Source: Nemertoderma westbladi
Taxonomy: Eukaryota; Animalia; Xenacoelomorpha
NCBI GenBank assembly: GCA_032718475.1
Contig: JAUCBJ010007179.1
Location: forward strand, 62,001 to 126,000
Length of the DNA: 64,000 bases
Reading direction: 5' to 3'
Shown here: piece after piece, positions 62,078 to 64,000 of the stretch
How positions within the stretch are numbered: position 1 is the stretch's first letter
Layout of the letters: the number at the start of each line of letters is the position of its first letter
The notes under the pieces: generated by a model
Database searches by the model: none
The model's input: the letters and a program-made list of their open reading frames with translations, nothing else
What the model was told of the DNA's origin: nothing
Program-made: the position numbers and the translations under genes

Positions 62078-64000
62078 ACATGTATTACTAAATAATAGAT
62101 CGGAACATGTATTACTAAATAATAGATCGGAACATGTATTACTAAATAATAGATCGGAACATGTATTACTAAATAATAGATCGGAACATGTATTACTAAA
62201 TAATAGATCGGAACATGTATTACTAAATAATAGATCGGAACATGTATTACTAAATAATAGATCGGAACATGTATTACTAAATAATAGATCGGAACATGTA
62301 TTACTAAATAATAGATCGGAACATGGATTACTAAATAATAGATCGGAACATGTATTACTAAATAATAGATCGGAACATGTATTACTAAATAATAGATCGG
62401 GACATGGATAACTAAATAATAGATCGGAACATGGATTACTAAATAATCATTATCGGAACATGTATTACTAAATAATAGATCGGAACATGTATTACTAAAT
62501 AATAGATCGGGACATGGATAACTAAATAATAGATCGGAACATGTATTACTAAATAATAGATCGGAACATGTTTTACTAAATAATAGATCGGAACATGGAT
62601 AACTAAATAATCATTATCGGAACATGTATTACTAAATAATAGATCGGGACATGGATAACTAAATAATAGATCGGAACATGGATTACTAAATAATCATTAT
62701 CGGAACATGTATTACTAAATAATAGATCGGAACATGTATTACTAAATAATAGATCGGAACATGGATAACTAAATAATAGATCGGAACATGTATTACTAAA
62801 TAATAGATCGGAACATGTTTTACTAAATAATAGATCGGAACATGGATAACTAAATAATCATTATCGGAACATGTATTACTAAATAATAGATCGGAACATG
62901 TATTACTAAATAATAGATCGGAACATGGATTACTAAATAATAGATCGGAACATGTATTACTAAATAATAGATCGGAACATGTATTACTAAATAATCATTA
63001 TCGGAACATGTATTACTAAATAATAGATCGGAACATGTATTACTAAATAATAGATCGTAACATGGGTTTCTAAATAATAGATCGGAACATGTATTACTAA
63101 ATAATAGATCGGAACATGGATTACTAAATAATAGATCGGAACATGGATAACTAAATAATAGATTGGAACATGGATAACTAAATAATCATTATCGGAACAT
63201 GTATTACTAAATAATAGATCGGAACATGGATAACTAAATAATCATTATCGGAACATGTATTACTAAATAATAGATCGGAACATGGATTACTAAATAATAG
63301 ATCGGAACATGGATAACTAAATAATAGATTGGAACATGGATAACTAAATAATCATTATCGGAACATGGATTACTAAATAATAGATCGGAACATGGATTAC
63401 TAAATAATAGATCGGAACAGGGATTACTAAATAATAGATCGGAACATGTATTACTAAATAATAGATCGGAACATGGATTACTAAATAATAGATCGGAACA
63501 TGTATTACTAAATAATCATTATCGGAACATGTATTACTAAATAATAGATCGGAACATGTATAACTAAATAATCATTATCGGAACATGGATTACTAAATAA
63601 TAGATCGGAACATGGATTACTAAATAATAGATCGGAACAGGGATTACTAAATAATAGATCGGAACATGTATTACTAAATAATAGATCGGAACAGGGATTA
63701 CTAAATAATAGATCGGAACATGTATTACTAAATAATAGATCGGAACATGGATTACTAAATAATAGATCGGAACATGTATTACTAAATAATCATTATCGGA
63801 ACATGTATTACTAAATAATAGATCGGAACATGGATTACTAAATAATAGATCGGAACATGGATAACTAAATAATAGATTGGAACATGGATAACTAAATAAT
63901 CATTATCGGAACATGGATTACTAAATAATAGATCGGAACATGGATTACTAAATAATAGATCGGAACATGTATTACTAAATAATAGATCGGAACATGGATA
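62078..64000. repeat. 27-bp satellite array, block 3 (runs off window end)
   Basis: Same monomer and variants as blocks 1 and 2. Confidence 0.98.

Noticed and set aside
21186-64000. CRISPR-like appearance of the 27-bp repeats
   Set aside because: Head-to-tail monomers with no unique spacers, no cas genes, and a eukaryotic context.

Overview
AT-rich eukaryotic (invertebrate metazoan-type) DNA, almost entirely repetitive. 1-21 kb holds decayed RTE-clade LINE copies (one long copy at ~9.8-13.0 kb), a minus-strand CR1/L2-type LINE fragment, Helentron-like non-autonomous elements, a 20-bp minisatellite, and three small + strand exons of a host gene (signal peptide plus a 6-Cys EB/EGF-like module). 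21.2-64 kb is a 27-bp satellite array interrupted by two related, same-orientation BEL/Pao LTR retrotransposons. One is a 10.8-kb deletion derivative that keeps an intact Gag-protease ORF (28088-38889). The other is an 18.9-kb full-length copy (43225-62077, TSD ACATG). The family is unusual in three ways. (1) It has no tRNA primer-binding site: the 10-11 nt next to the 5' LTR are complementary to a site inside the LTR, with two compensatory changes between the copies, which suggests Tf1-like self-priming. (2) It carries a ~1415-codon third ORF, not env-like, with a DEDDy/RNase D-type 3'-5' exonuclease fold and three CCHC zinc knuckles. (3) Its leader and pol-ORF3 spacer contain tandemly duplicated, covarying RNA structures. 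All calls were made by eye from the sequence and ORF track; no searches or folding programs were run.
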